NCBI GenBank assembly: GCA_045606105.1
Contig: JAZURI010000011.1
Coordinates: 91,240-155,239 of the forward strand
Direction: 5' to 3'
DNA: 64,000 bases
Source of the DNA: Spirochaetia bacterium
Lineage (GTDB): Bacteria > Spirochaetota > Spirochaetia > CADAEX01
Below the pieces are notes generated by a model. That model ran no database searches. It was not told the DNA's origin and saw nothing but the letters and a program-made list of their open reading frames with translations. Position 1 is the first letter of the stretch. Every line of letters starts with the position of its first letter. Positions 1 through 8,733 of this stretch are shown in pieces. The position numbers and the translations under genes are program-made.

Positions 1-258
1 CTTGAATGCCTTATCATAGCGGTTCTTTTCTCGTTCCTGGGATATTTCAACGGAATGGGAAAAACAAACTTTGTCATGTGGCAGGGAATATCAGGAGCGA
101 CTCTGGCAAGAATACCTCTGGCATTCCTTATAAACGCACTGATGCCGGGTAACATTTTCATGCTGACCCTGGCTATACCGTTTTCATCCTTTCTGCAGAT
201 TATCCTGTGCATCTTCTACATGAAGAGATTAAAGCGGAAGCAAGCTCAACAATCTTAG
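1..258 (+). CDS. MATE-family efflux transporter, C-terminal fragment (5' end outside window)
   Basis: Frame open from base 1 (LECLIIAVLFSFLGYFNGMGKTNFVMWQG...RIPLA), matching the MATE C-terminal 'G.F.G.GKT...RIPL' pattern. Confidence 0.7.
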   Translation, partial: LECLIIAVLFSFLGYFNGMGKTNFVMWQGISGATLARIPLAFLINALMPGNIFMLTLAIPFSSFLQIILCIFYMKRLKRKQAQQS

Positions 259-1081
259 AGGGTGAAAGGATTTCTCCCCTGTCTCCCGGCTTCACCCCTA
301 CCGATTCGCAGGCAGCCTGAACATTTTCCGCACCGAAATGACGGAGATTGTTGAGAATAGTCTTTCTTCTTGAAGAAAAGATATCACGGATTATTCCCAG
401 AACCTCTTTCCTGTTTTCCATGGTAAAGAAATCATCCCTGGGGCTGAAGGTCACTATTCCGGAAACCACTTCAGGTACGGGATAGAAGCATCCCCCCTTG
501 ATATCCCCTTTATAAGCCACATCGCAGGAGAGCTGGCACAGAACCGAAAATGAGGAATAATCACTGCATCCCGGCTTTGCCGCAATACGCTGTCCCGCCT
601 CCTTCTGGACGGTAAAAACCATCTCCGGAGCCAGACAATCCCCTTCAATCAGGGAGCTGATCATTGCAGAAGCGCTGTTATAGGGAAGATTACCGAAAAT
701 GACATCCGGCTTTCCGTATTTTTCAAAAATACCTTTCCATGTCTTCACCATATCCCCTTCCGCAATCTCGAAACCGGGATTGGCACCGAACTGCTCTCCG
801 AGAAATGAAATATAGCCCCTGTCGATCTCAAAAACCACAAGACGACCTGTATCCCCCACCCTTTTCAGGGCCATGGAGGTCATGGAGCCCAGACCGCCGC
901 CGATTTCCCAGACATAGCTTCCCTCTTTTATGTTGACGAAGCTGAGAACCTTTTCACGGGCTGAAGGAGAAATCATGAAGTTCTGACCGAATTTCTTGGT
1001 GGGGCTGAGTCCCCTTTCCTTAAGGAGGGCACATATTTCACTTTTTGAATCGTAGTTCAACGGTATCTGCATGGAAAACAT
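200..1081 (-). CDS. rsmA: 16S rRNA dimethyladenosine transferase
   Basis: KKFGQNF, EIGGGLG, FEID, GNLPY, VQKE motifs. Confidence 0.95.
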   Translation of the reverse strand: MFSMQIPLNYDSKSEICALLKERGLSPTKKFGQNFMISPSAREKVLSFVNIKEGSYVWEIGGGLGSMTSMALKRVGDTGRLVVFEIDRGYISFLGEQFGANPGFEIAEGDMVKTWKGIFEKYGKPDVIFGNLPYNSASAMISSLIEGDCLAPEMVFTVQKEAGQRIAAKPGCSDYSSFSVLCQLSCDVAYKGDIKGGCFYPVPEVVSGIVTFSPRDDFFTMENRKEVLGIIRDIFSSRRKTILNNLRHFGAENVQAACESVGVKPGDRGEILSPSKIVELASALISSCRRCTG

Positions 1082-2403
1082 ATCAATACAATAACAATTA
1101 ACTGAAAAAATAGTAATACCCCGAAGGAAATATTTCCGTTTAAAGGTAGCCCCGGAACCATGGCTGCCGTATCGGTGATAAGGTAGATTCCTCGGGTAAG
1201 AAGGGCAAAAAGCTGCTGCTCAAAGGGAAAAAGGGGGAGAAATACACAGGCAAGCCCGGCGCACATGTAAACAGTCACCAGCGGAGAAACGACCATGGAG
1301 GCGATAATCCCGGCGGGATAGATAATACCGAAATTCCACAGCACCACGGCCGATGTCATTATCACGGCACCCAGGGAACAGGCTATGGCAGAGCCCACAT
1401 ACCGGGCCAGGGGCTTGGTCAGGATCAGTATGCCGGCAAGCGCCAGAAACGAAAGCTGAAAGGAAATGGAAAAGAAGTATGAAGGAAAAATCATCAGTGA
1501 AACAGAGTATGCAAAAAAAAGTACCTGAAGCAGATCGGTCTTACGGCCGGTCATCTTTCCCAGAGAAACAATGAAAAACATCAGCACGGCCCGGAAAAGG
1601 GAGGGAGAGATGCCGGCAAGCAGTAGATAGAGTACATTTATCACATTTACAGCAATCAGCGACGGGATGGGACCGGCCACCCTGCGGGCCAGAAAGAAGA
1701 CGAAAAAAGAAATGATACCCAGATGCATGCCGGAAAGGGCCAGCACATGGGAAAGTCCTGCCATCCGGAACTTATCCCGTATCTCTACCGGCAGATGATC
1801 CCGGTTTCCCAGGAAAAGGGCCTCTGCCAGGGAGCTTTCCCGGCCGAACACCCGGTTTATCTTTTCGGTAAAACAGGCAACGCCCCTTTTACGAAGCCGG
1901 AAGAATGGGCCGGGGACTCCCGCAGAGGAAGCTTTTCCGGCGGAAAAGCTTGATCCGTCCCTGCCGGGACGGACCTTTTCAAAGCATACACTTTCGCCCC
2001 AGAAGAATTTTTCCCCACGGGCAAATACCGTTATTTCGGCAGGGTACTCCATAAAAAGGTTGCCGCAGACGATACGGGTTACCGACAGGTCGTAAAGGTA
2101 GCTTCCTCCCGATATCATCCTTCCGTCTCCCTTCAGGACACCCTCCACTGCCGTGATATTTTTAAGTCCGGGAGGAAGCCCCTTTGCTGCAGGCTCGTAC
2201 CTTACGGCTGTAATCCCGGCGGAAACCAATCCCCATATAATGAAAACTGCAAGCCTCTGACAACGGAGAACCTTTTTGTTCAGAATCCATGCAGCTCCGG
2301 AAAAAATGATGAGCCACGGAAAGAACAGCCCCCTGTCCGTAAAGAACAGGGGAACTGAACTAAAAAGAATGACTATGTAGGGTAGAAAATTTATTACGCC
2401 CAC
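1057..2403 (-). CDS. comEC: ComEC/Rec2 competence membrane protein (no C-terminal MBL domain)
   Basis: AGLSHVLALSGMHLG, SPSLFRA, SFQLSF motifs; many TM segments. Confidence 0.9.
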   Translation of the reverse strand: MGVINFLPYIVILFSSVPLFFTDRGLFFPWLIIFSGAAWILNKKVLRCQRLAVFIIWGLVSAGITAVRYEPAAKGLPPGLKNITAVEGVLKGDGRMISGGSYLYDLSVTRIVCGNLFMEYPAEITVFARGEKFFWGESVCFEKVRPGRDGSSFSAGKASSAGVPGPFFRLRKRGVACFTEKINRVFGRESSLAEALFLGNRDHLPVEIRDKFRMAGLSHVLALSGMHLGIISFFVFFLARRVAGPIPSLIAVNVINVLYLLLAGISPSLFRAVLMFFIVSLGKMTGRKTDLLQVLFFAYSVSLMIFPSYFFSISFQLSFLALAGILILTKPLARYVGSAIACSLGAVIMTSAVVLWNFGIIYPAGIIASMVVSPLVTVYMCAGLACVFLPLFPFEQQLFALLTRGIYLITDTAAMVPGLPLNGNISFGVLLFFQLIVIVLICFPCRYR

Positions 2404-2462
2404 GCCCTTTATAAAGGACGAAAGCGCATTTCTGCTTCAAGATAAGAAAAAAAAGTCAGAAA

Positions 2463-4985
2463 TCAGTCTGCACGAGGCCCGGCAACAAACTCGTATTCGT
2501 TTGCACTTGAATAGAAGATGTCATTGAGCGTATCGTACATACCCACCTTTCCGTCAGACAGCCTTCTGCAAGGATACAGGTCTCCGATCAGCGTATGGTC
2601 ATGGTGCAGCTGCAGGTAATACAGCTTTCCGTGAGCCGATTCCGGAGTTGAGTTGTCCCTGAATACAAGAAGTACGTCATCGTTGAACGATCCTACCGGT
2701 GACACATCAATGTTGAATGCATTGGACTCATTTTCGGCATTGATTACACCGAATCCGTGATAACGGCACAGATGCATCTTGCAAGGACCCTGGTCAAACC
2801 TTACCTCAAGACCCTGGTATGTTGTAGGTCCGTAATCAGCCTCAAAGATACGGAGAATACTGTTTCCGCGGAGTCTGAGGTCCGAGCTTCCGAATATGGT
2901 TCTGGAGTGATGTCCGCCGTACCAGAACTTGATATCCACTCCTGTCTTTTCGTTAGGAGTATACGGAATGATAAAGTACGCATCATTTCCGTCCACGTTC
3001 TCGATATATTCCAGCCTCTCGTACCAAAGGGCATAGATGGTTGTGTTGCTGTTGATCACTTCGGTATTGAAGTCAAACTTTTCTGTCTTGGCCGGGTTCT
3101 TGTACCAGCCGGCAAAGATATATCCTGATTTAACCGGGTCTGTCGGAACAGGAGCCGATTCACCTTCCAATACATTGATTGAAGAAGGATTAAGTGTACC
3201 ACCGTCGGTATCATAGGTAACTTTATAGACACTACTGCTGCTGGACCATTCGCCGTAAAGGGTCATATCCTGGGTTACAGGCTGAGTGAAATCCCATTTA
3301 TTATTCCAATCAAACAATGCACCAAGGGCAGATCCGTACCAGCCTCTGAAAGCCTTGCCTGCCTCCAGGCTGACCTTAGGAATCTCCAGATAACCTCCCG
3401 TAGGAACAATCTGTGTATCTACCGTTGTTGTAGAAAGTGACCATCCGCTGTCCCTGATTACAAATGAAACTGTACATGTTGTATCATTTCCGTCGTCAAC
3501 GCTGCCACCAAAGATACTTGTAGGAACAGCAATCCACTGCGCATAGTATGTGGTATTCTCTGTCAGTGCAGTATGTTCATGAACTCTGGTTCCGCCGTTT
3601 ACTTCAGTACCCCATCCGTTGAGTACGAAGGTAACCCACCTGAGGCCTGCGGCATTTACCGTTGCTTCAGGAAGCAGTCCGATATGGTCTCCCTTGTATC
3701 CGCTTACAGTTGCAGGTGTAACATTTGTAGTATATGTGTTACCGTTATAGGAAGGCCTGTTTCCGTCAAATGTTACTGTAATCCATTCCCTGTGGGCATA
3801 GAGATTCATGTCTTCGGTAAAAGGCTCCATGGAAGTGAATCTTGTACCGCCGCCTCCGTTACCGTCTTCAGGTGCTGTATACCAGTATCCGTCCGAAAGT
3901 TCTCCCAGAGGAGGAAGGTCTGTCTGATCGGAAACTCCGCTGTAGGTCCTGAAACGCTGAGGTGTAGGATTATTGAAATAATAGAGGTTTATTTCTATGG
4001 CATCAGCTATTTTCAGATAGCATACGGCCGGAGATACCGTATCTCCGTCCACGATACATTTTATTTCAAAGTTTCCGTATTCGTCCGCTTCATAGAGAAA
4101 GTTCCTGTTTGATCCGAACTGTACCAGAACTTCGTCCACATACCAGTCAAAATTTTCTCCCTGGCTTCCGCAGAGCAGACTGATTATTTCATCAAGGTCA
4201 TTCTCCATGACTGTGGTTTTGCCCTTGAGCAGGAGGTTCCCCGAAGTAAACTCACCGGAAACCACGGCCTGATGATCCTCAAGCACCTCTACGGTGATTA
4301 CCTCTCCGTAGTGATATCCCACATATTCATCCCCGAATGTGAATGCCAGAGTATAGAATCCCACTTCAAGATCGTCAAGTGTTCCTGTAAACCTGAGAAT
4401 TCCGTCGCTTCTGGTCATTGCAAAATCGGTGAAGAACTGTGTTTTTTCTCCCACAAGGGTATAGTTTACCGTAAGGTGTCCCCCCTGGCTTGAGACCTGA
4501 GGAATAGTAACATCCATACGGATGGAGCCGGTTCCCATAGAGAGTTCCAGATCCACATCCACAAAATTGATTCCCATATTGATGTAGGTCTCGCACTCAC
4601 CATACATCAGTATATGGTCACTGCTGTCAAAGGCTGCAACGGTAAAATGCCATAATCCCTGGGAAAGTCCCACGGCATCCCCTATTGTAAAAGGCTGCCA
4701 TTCGCGTACGGTACCGAAAGGAGTCAGCCCCGAGTCAAGCTCGAACAGAGGTTCTGCCTTATATTTGTAGGAAATTACCTCAGCACCCGGATCCGCACTC
4801 AGGCTGGCATTGATCTTGCGCATAGGTCCGCCGTCAGAACCGGGAGCAGAGAGCCCGAAAATGATTTCGGAAGTTTTAATATTGGAGGCAGAAGCATCCA
4901 GTGCCTTATCCACGCTGCCGTTGTCACAGGAAAAAAACATAGGAATGAGTAATAGAGATAATATTAAAAAAAGAAATCGTCTCAA
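2463..4985 (-). CDS. Large surface lipoprotein: N-terminal beta-sandwich region shared with neighbours, InlB-B/Listeria-Bacteroides repeats, C-terminal LamG/ConA-like domain
   Basis: TTG start after AGGAGG; lipobox MFFS-C20; repeats such as VTYDTDGG...P.K.GY.FAGWY...FDF..T.YA.W; C-terminal LYPCRRLSDGKVGMYD. Confidence 0.8.
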   Translation of the reverse strand: MRRFLFLILSLLLIPMFFSCDNGSVDKALDASASNIKTSEIIFGLSAPGSDGGPMRKINASLSADPGAEVISYKYKAEPLFELDSGLTPFGTVREWQPFTIGDAVGLSQGLWHFTVAAFDSSDHILMYGECETYINMGINFVDVDLELSMGTGSIRMDVTIPQVSSQGGHLTVNYTLVGEKTQFFTDFAMTRSDGILRFTGTLDDLEVGFYTLAFTFGDEYVGYHYGEVITVEVLEDHQAVVSGEFTSGNLLLKGKTTVMENDLDEIISLLCGSQGENFDWYVDEVLVQFGSNRNFLYEADEYGNFEIKCIVDGDTVSPAVCYLKIADAIEINLYYFNNPTPQRFRTYSGVSDQTDLPPLGELSDGYWYTAPEDGNGGGGTRFTSMEPFTEDMNLYAHREWITVTFDGNRPSYNGNTYTTNVTPATVSGYKGDHIGLLPEATVNAAGLRWVTFVLNGWGTEVNGGTRVHEHTALTENTTYYAQWIAVPTSIFGGSVDDGNDTTCTVSFVIRDSGWSLSTTTVDTQIVPTGGYLEIPKVSLEAGKAFRGWYGSALGALFDWNNKWDFTQPVTQDMTLYGEWSSSSSVYKVTYDTDGGTLNPSSINVLEGESAPVPTDPVKSGYIFAGWYKNPAKTEKFDFNTEVINSNTTIYALWYERLEYIENVDGNDAYFIIPYTPNEKTGVDIKFWYGGHHSRTIFGSSDLRLRGNSILRIFEADYGPTTYQGLEVRFDQGPCKMHLCRYHGFGVINAENESNAFNIDVSPVGSFNDDVLLVFRDNSTPESAHGKLYYLQLHHDHTLIGDLYPCRRLSDGKVGMYDTLNDIFYSSANEYEFVAGPRAD

Positions 4986-5000
4986 CTGTCTGCCTCCTTA

Positions 5001-5027
5001 AAAAAAACCTGTCCCGCAAGACGGGTT
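5001..5027 (-). terminator. Intrinsic terminator (imperfect stem) after the 349-aa lipoprotein gene
   Basis: Minus strand AACCCGTCTTGCGGGACAGGTT followed by a T-run; one stem mismatch. Confidence 0.6.
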
Positions 5028-5042
5028 ATACTTTTTAAAAGA

Positions 5043-6092
5043 TTAGTCTGTTACTGTAAAATCCATATTAATTGACATTGCGATGTTTCCGCTGGTTACG
5101 CCGCATGCGATGTTTGCAAACTGTGCTGCAGAAGGTGTCCAGCTGTAAGTTGCTTCATTGCCCGGCATAGGAGCTCCGTTGATGAACCACTGGTAAGTTG
5201 CACCGTCGGCAGGCACTGCTGTACAGGTGAATGTTACAGTCTGATTCTTGGCAATCTGTGTTACTGCCTCATCAGAATTATTTTTGGCTGCAAGTGTAAG
5301 AGTCAGCACTGCAAGACCGTTTACAGAAAGGGAAGGAGTCTGGAACAGACCGTAATCAAGGGTACCTGTAATGGCTGCTGTCTCTCCGCCGTCCACTGTT
5401 ACATAAAGAGGTACTGTTCCTACAGGGTTGTCGCCGTTCTTATATTCAAGATTTACCCAATACATGCCGGCTGCGAGGTTATCAATTGTCTCCTTATCAA
5501 AATCTGCCTTTTCGGCTGTGCTTGATCCGTTAGGCACTACAGTGATAGTTTCGATTGCATTGGCTGTGTCTTCCACGGAACCGTAGGAAATTACAAGCTT
5601 GTCTCCGGAAGCTACTACTCTTTTTGCATCCACATCCACTGTGATTGTACCTTTCATTGTATCGTCAAATGCAGGTGATACATCAAATACAACCGGTGTG
5701 CCTGAGGCATTTACATAAGCTGTTTCGGTTCCTGTATAGAGCACGGCACCTTTTGCTGACCTTACCTGAATATCGAATGTCCACTGTCCCTGCTGGAAAA
5801 GACCGATGGTTCCGGTGGTTCCTCCAAATTCAGTAACCTGAGTCCATGCATCTCTCTTTCCGTAGGCATTTTCGCTGCCGGCCCACTGAGGTGTTGCCTT
5901 GTAATATATAGAGCTTACTGAACCGCGTCCTCCTGTAACGGATACGGCATAGGATGGGCCGTAGGAAGATATGTCAAATGATACACTTACAAGAGACGGA
6001 CCTGATGCAAGATCGTCAGAGCCGCCGTTCTGACAGGAACATACGAATATCATAGCCAGACAAAGCATTAATATTGTAAATTTTCTTTTCAT
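5043..6092 (-). CDS. Surface lipoprotein, paralog of 6374..7417
   Basis: Lipobox IFVCS-C20; shared YKATP.W, FQQGQWTFD.QV, TFTCTA.PA...TYQW.ING motifs. Confidence 0.85.
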   Translation of the reverse strand: MKRKFTILMLCLAMIFVCSCQNGGSDDLASGPSLVSVSFDISSYGPSYAVSVTGGRGSVSSIYYKATPQWAGSENAYGKRDAWTQVTEFGGTTGTIGLFQQGQWTFDIQVRSAKGAVLYTGTETAYVNASGTPVVFDVSPAFDDTMKGTITVDVDAKRVVASGDKLVISYGSVEDTANAIETITVVPNGSSTAEKADFDKETIDNLAAGMYWVNLEYKNGDNPVGTVPLYVTVDGGETAAITGTLDYGLFQTPSLSVNGLAVLTLTLAAKNNSDEAVTQIAKNQTVTFTCTAVPADGATYQWFINGAPMPGNEATYSWTPSAAQFANIACGVTSGNIAMSINMDFTVTD

Positions 6093-6157
6093 GTCTGTTC
6101 TCCGTCAAAATTGGAAATACAAAAAAATGTTATTCCTAACAAAATAATAAAAGAAAA

Positions 6158-6230
6158 TCGGGCAAGGCGGACTCGAACCGCCGGTCTCAACGTCCCGAAC
6201 GTTGCGCGCTACCAACTGCGCTATTGCCCG
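6158..6230 (-). tRNA. tRNA-Pro (anticodon CGG), CCA not encoded
   Basis: CGGGCAATAGCGCAGTTGGTAGCGCGCAACGTTCGGGACGTTGAGACCGGCGGTTCGAGTCCGCCTTGCCCGA folds into a cloverleaf; anticodon loop TTCGGGA. Confidence 0.97.
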
Positions 6231-6329
6231 AAAGAGTTACGGACTCCCCGCCGTCCAGGATAAATGATACGCTGGCTCCGCCTACGGGAGTTATACCGTT
6301 CTTGTACATCTGCCGCCGTGACCGAAGAC

Positions 6330-6359
6330 AAAAAACCTGTCCCGCCGGGGACAGGTTTT
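6330..6359 (-). terminator. Strong intrinsic terminator after the 347-aa lipoprotein gene
   Basis: AAAACCTGTCCC-CGGC-GGGACAGGTTTTTT. Confidence 0.85.
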
Positions 6360-6373
6360 ACTATATCATATCA

Positions 6374-7417
6374 TTAAGGCAATTCTGTTACCTGATATGT
6401 AATTGACTTGCTGACAACAATGTTTCCGCGGGTTGCTGTACAAGTAATGCTTGCATTCTGATATGCAGTCGGAGACCATTCATATGATGGTACTGTTGTT
6501 GCACTGCCTACAGCATCTCCGTTTATATACCACTGGTATGTTGTTTCGCCGGCAGGAGTTGCAGTACAGGTGAAAGTAACCACTCCGGCGTCGACACTGC
6601 TCTCTATCTCGGAAAGGGTAAAGGATGATGAAATTCCGTTGATTGTAATGAGTGCTGTCTGGAATTCTCCTTCTACAAGGTTTCCGGAAATAGTTGCTGT
6701 CTGACCGGCATCAAGTGTAAAGTTGACGATTGCGCTACCTACTTCAGCTGTATTGTTCAGATATGTAAGCTTAACCCAGTAGTTGCCTGCTGCAAGGCCT
6801 TCCACATCATCAATCTCAAATGAAAGGCTTGGGCTGTCTGCTGCACATGTTTTTGTCTGATTTGTTTCTAGGTCAGCATCCTGTCCCACAAGTCCGTACT
6901 CCATAAGTACCTTGTTGAGATTCAAGGTCGGATTTATCTTGGCTGCTGTGATTGTATCAAATGCGATTGTACCTGTACCTACACCAGCTCCGCCGCGTGT
7001 TACAGTTACTTCTACAGGTGTATTTGCAGCATTGATGTATACTGTGGTTGCTGCTCCTGTATAAACAACGTTTGCACCACTTTTTACCTGAACATCGAAT
7101 GTCCACTGTCCCTGCTGGAAGTATCCGAGATCCTTTTCTGCTGCATAATCTTCAATTTCGACAAATCCAGCTGTCTTTCCGAATACATTTTCGTTTGTCC
7201 AATTAGGAGTTGCCTTGTACCAGTAAGTAAGTTCGCCTGAAACACTTCCGCCGCTTACGGAAATGGTTCTCTGAGGTCCGTCTGCAGGAAGTTCTACAGA
7301 AAGGTTTACTTTATATAAAGCGCCGCCTGCAATATCGTCGGAACCGGTTCCGTTCTGACATGAGCATACAAAAATCATTGCCATACAAAGCAAAAGTACG
7401 ATTAAATTTTTTTTCAT
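6374..7417 (-). CDS. Surface lipoprotein, first gene of the paralog cluster
   Basis: Lipobox IFVCS-C20; GGGAGA RBS; beta-rich; C-terminal Ig-like domain with Cys pair. Confidence 0.85.
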   Translation of the reverse strand: MKKNLIVLLLCMAMIFVCSCQNGTGSDDIAGGALYKVNLSVELPADGPQRTISVSGGSVSGELTYWYKATPNWTNENVFGKTAGFVEIEDYAAEKDLGYFQQGQWTFDVQVKSGANVVYTGAATTVYINAANTPVEVTVTRGGAGVGTGTIAFDTITAAKINPTLNLNKVLMEYGLVGQDADLETNQTKTCAADSPSLSFEIDDVEGLAAGNYWVKLTYLNNTAEVGSAIVNFTLDAGQTATISGNLVEGEFQTALITINGISSSFTLSEIESSVDAGVVTFTCTATPAGETTYQWYINGDAVGSATTVPSYEWSPTAYQNASITCTATRGNIVVSKSITYQVTELP

Positions 7418-7429
7418 AAAATTCTCCCT

Positions 7430-7501
7430 TTTTTTACGTAGATATTATCTGCGTAAAAAATATATATTGTAATATATATTCCTCTCATATTAAATTGTCA
7501 A
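7430..7501 (-). promoter_or_regulatory. Probable promoter of the lipoprotein cluster with palindromic operator/hairpin
   Basis: Minus-strand TTGACA (7501-7496), TA-rich -10 region, and inverted repeat TTTTTTACGTAGATA-T-TATCTGCGTAAAAAA at 7430-7460. Confidence 0.5.
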
Positions 7502-7548
7502 ATATTTTTTTATTGATTTATATAATTAAATTGAAGTAATATATAAGT

Positions 7549-8733
7549 ATGAAGCTTTATACTAAAAATCAGGTCATTACATATATTATTATCACTGCAG
7601 CTGTTTTCATCTTTGCATTTTTTGCTGCATACTCCTTTTTTCTGCCTGAAAAAAAGGAAACTGAAACAGGCAGAACCGCCGCCGGAACAGAGGCGGAATC
7701 TCCGTCCCCGTCACCGGCTCCTACCCTGACCCATGACGAGCAGGAAAACATACTTATCTACGAAAGGCTGAACCGGGCTGTGGTAAACATCTCCACCGAA
7801 GTAATGACCTGGAACTGGTTTTTCGAATCGGTACCTCAGGAGGGGGGAAGCGGATCCGGTGCCATCATAGATAAGGAAGGATATATCCTGACCAACAAGC
7901 ACGTGGTGGAAAAGGCCTACAAGGTTTATGTGACCATAGCCGACGGTACCACCTTCGAAGGCAAGGTGGTGGGTGTGGATTACGAGAACGACCTGGCCGT
8001 GGTAAAGATAGAGCCGGGAGACCGGGATCTTACCGTAATAGAGTTCGGAGATTCGTCGGCCCTGAGGGTGGGACAGAAGGTGCTGGCCATAGGAAACCCT
8101 TTCGGCTATGAAAGAACCCTTACCACCGGCGTCATCTCGGGTCTGGGACGCCCCATGGTCACTTCTGCCGAGAACAAGTACATAATCAAGGACATGATCC
8201 AGACCGACGCCTCCATAAATCCGGGTAACTCCGGAGGGCCCATGATAGATTCGGGAGGAAAGCTCATCGGTATCAATACAGTTATCTATTCTCCGTCGGG
8301 AGGCTCCGTGGGAATAGGTTTTGCGGTTCCCGTAAATACAGCCAAGCGTGTAATTCCTGACCTGATAGCACACGGAAAAGTCAACAGAGGCTGGATAGAC
8401 ATGGAATTTATAACCCTGTTTCCAAAGCTGGTGGAATATGCCAAGCTTCCCGTATCCAGAGGAATTCTGGTTTCCAGGGTAGAACGGGGAAGCAATGCGG
8501 ATAAAGCCGGCCTTAAAGGGGGCACCGATCAGGTACGCTACAGAAATTCTTCCTTCTATCTGGGAGGAGACATAATCACCGGCATCAACGGAAATGCAAT
8601 CTCTTCCGTGGCTGACGTGTACAGCGCACTGGAAAATACCCGGCCCGGAGACAAGGCCAAGCTTACGGTAATCAGAAAAGGGAAGGAAATGATTCTGGAA
8701 ACAGAGCTTTCCGAAAGAAGAAACCTGAAATGA
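7549..8733 (+). CDS. htrA: HtrA/DegP-family serine protease with PDZ domain
   Basis: [25 protein letters not shown]; N-terminal TM; C-terminal PDZ. Confidence 0.9.
   Translation: MKLYTKNQVITYIIITAAVFIFAFFAAYSFFLPEKKETETGRTAAGTEAESPSPSPAPTLTHDEQENILIYERLNRAVVNISTEVMTWNWFFESVPQEGGSGSGAIIDKEGYILTNKHVVEKAYKVYVTIADGTTFEGKVVGVDYENDLAVVKIEPGDRDLTVIEFGDSSALRVGQKVLAIGNPFGYERTLTTGVISGLGRPMVTSAENKYIIKDMIQTDASINPGNSGGPMIDSGGKLIGINTVIYSPSGGSVGIGFAVPVNTAKRVIPDLIAHGKVNRGWIDMEFITLFPKLVEYAKLPVSRGILVSRVERGSNADKAGLKGGTDQVRYRNSSFYLGGDIITGINGNAISSVADVYSALENTRPGDKAKLTVIRKGKEMILETELSERRNLK

Noticed and set aside
6231-6329. Possible 6S RNA, SRP RNA or tmRNA
   Set aside because: Too short between terminator and tRNA and lacks the SRP and tmRNA hallmarks; kept only as an unassigned structured spacer.
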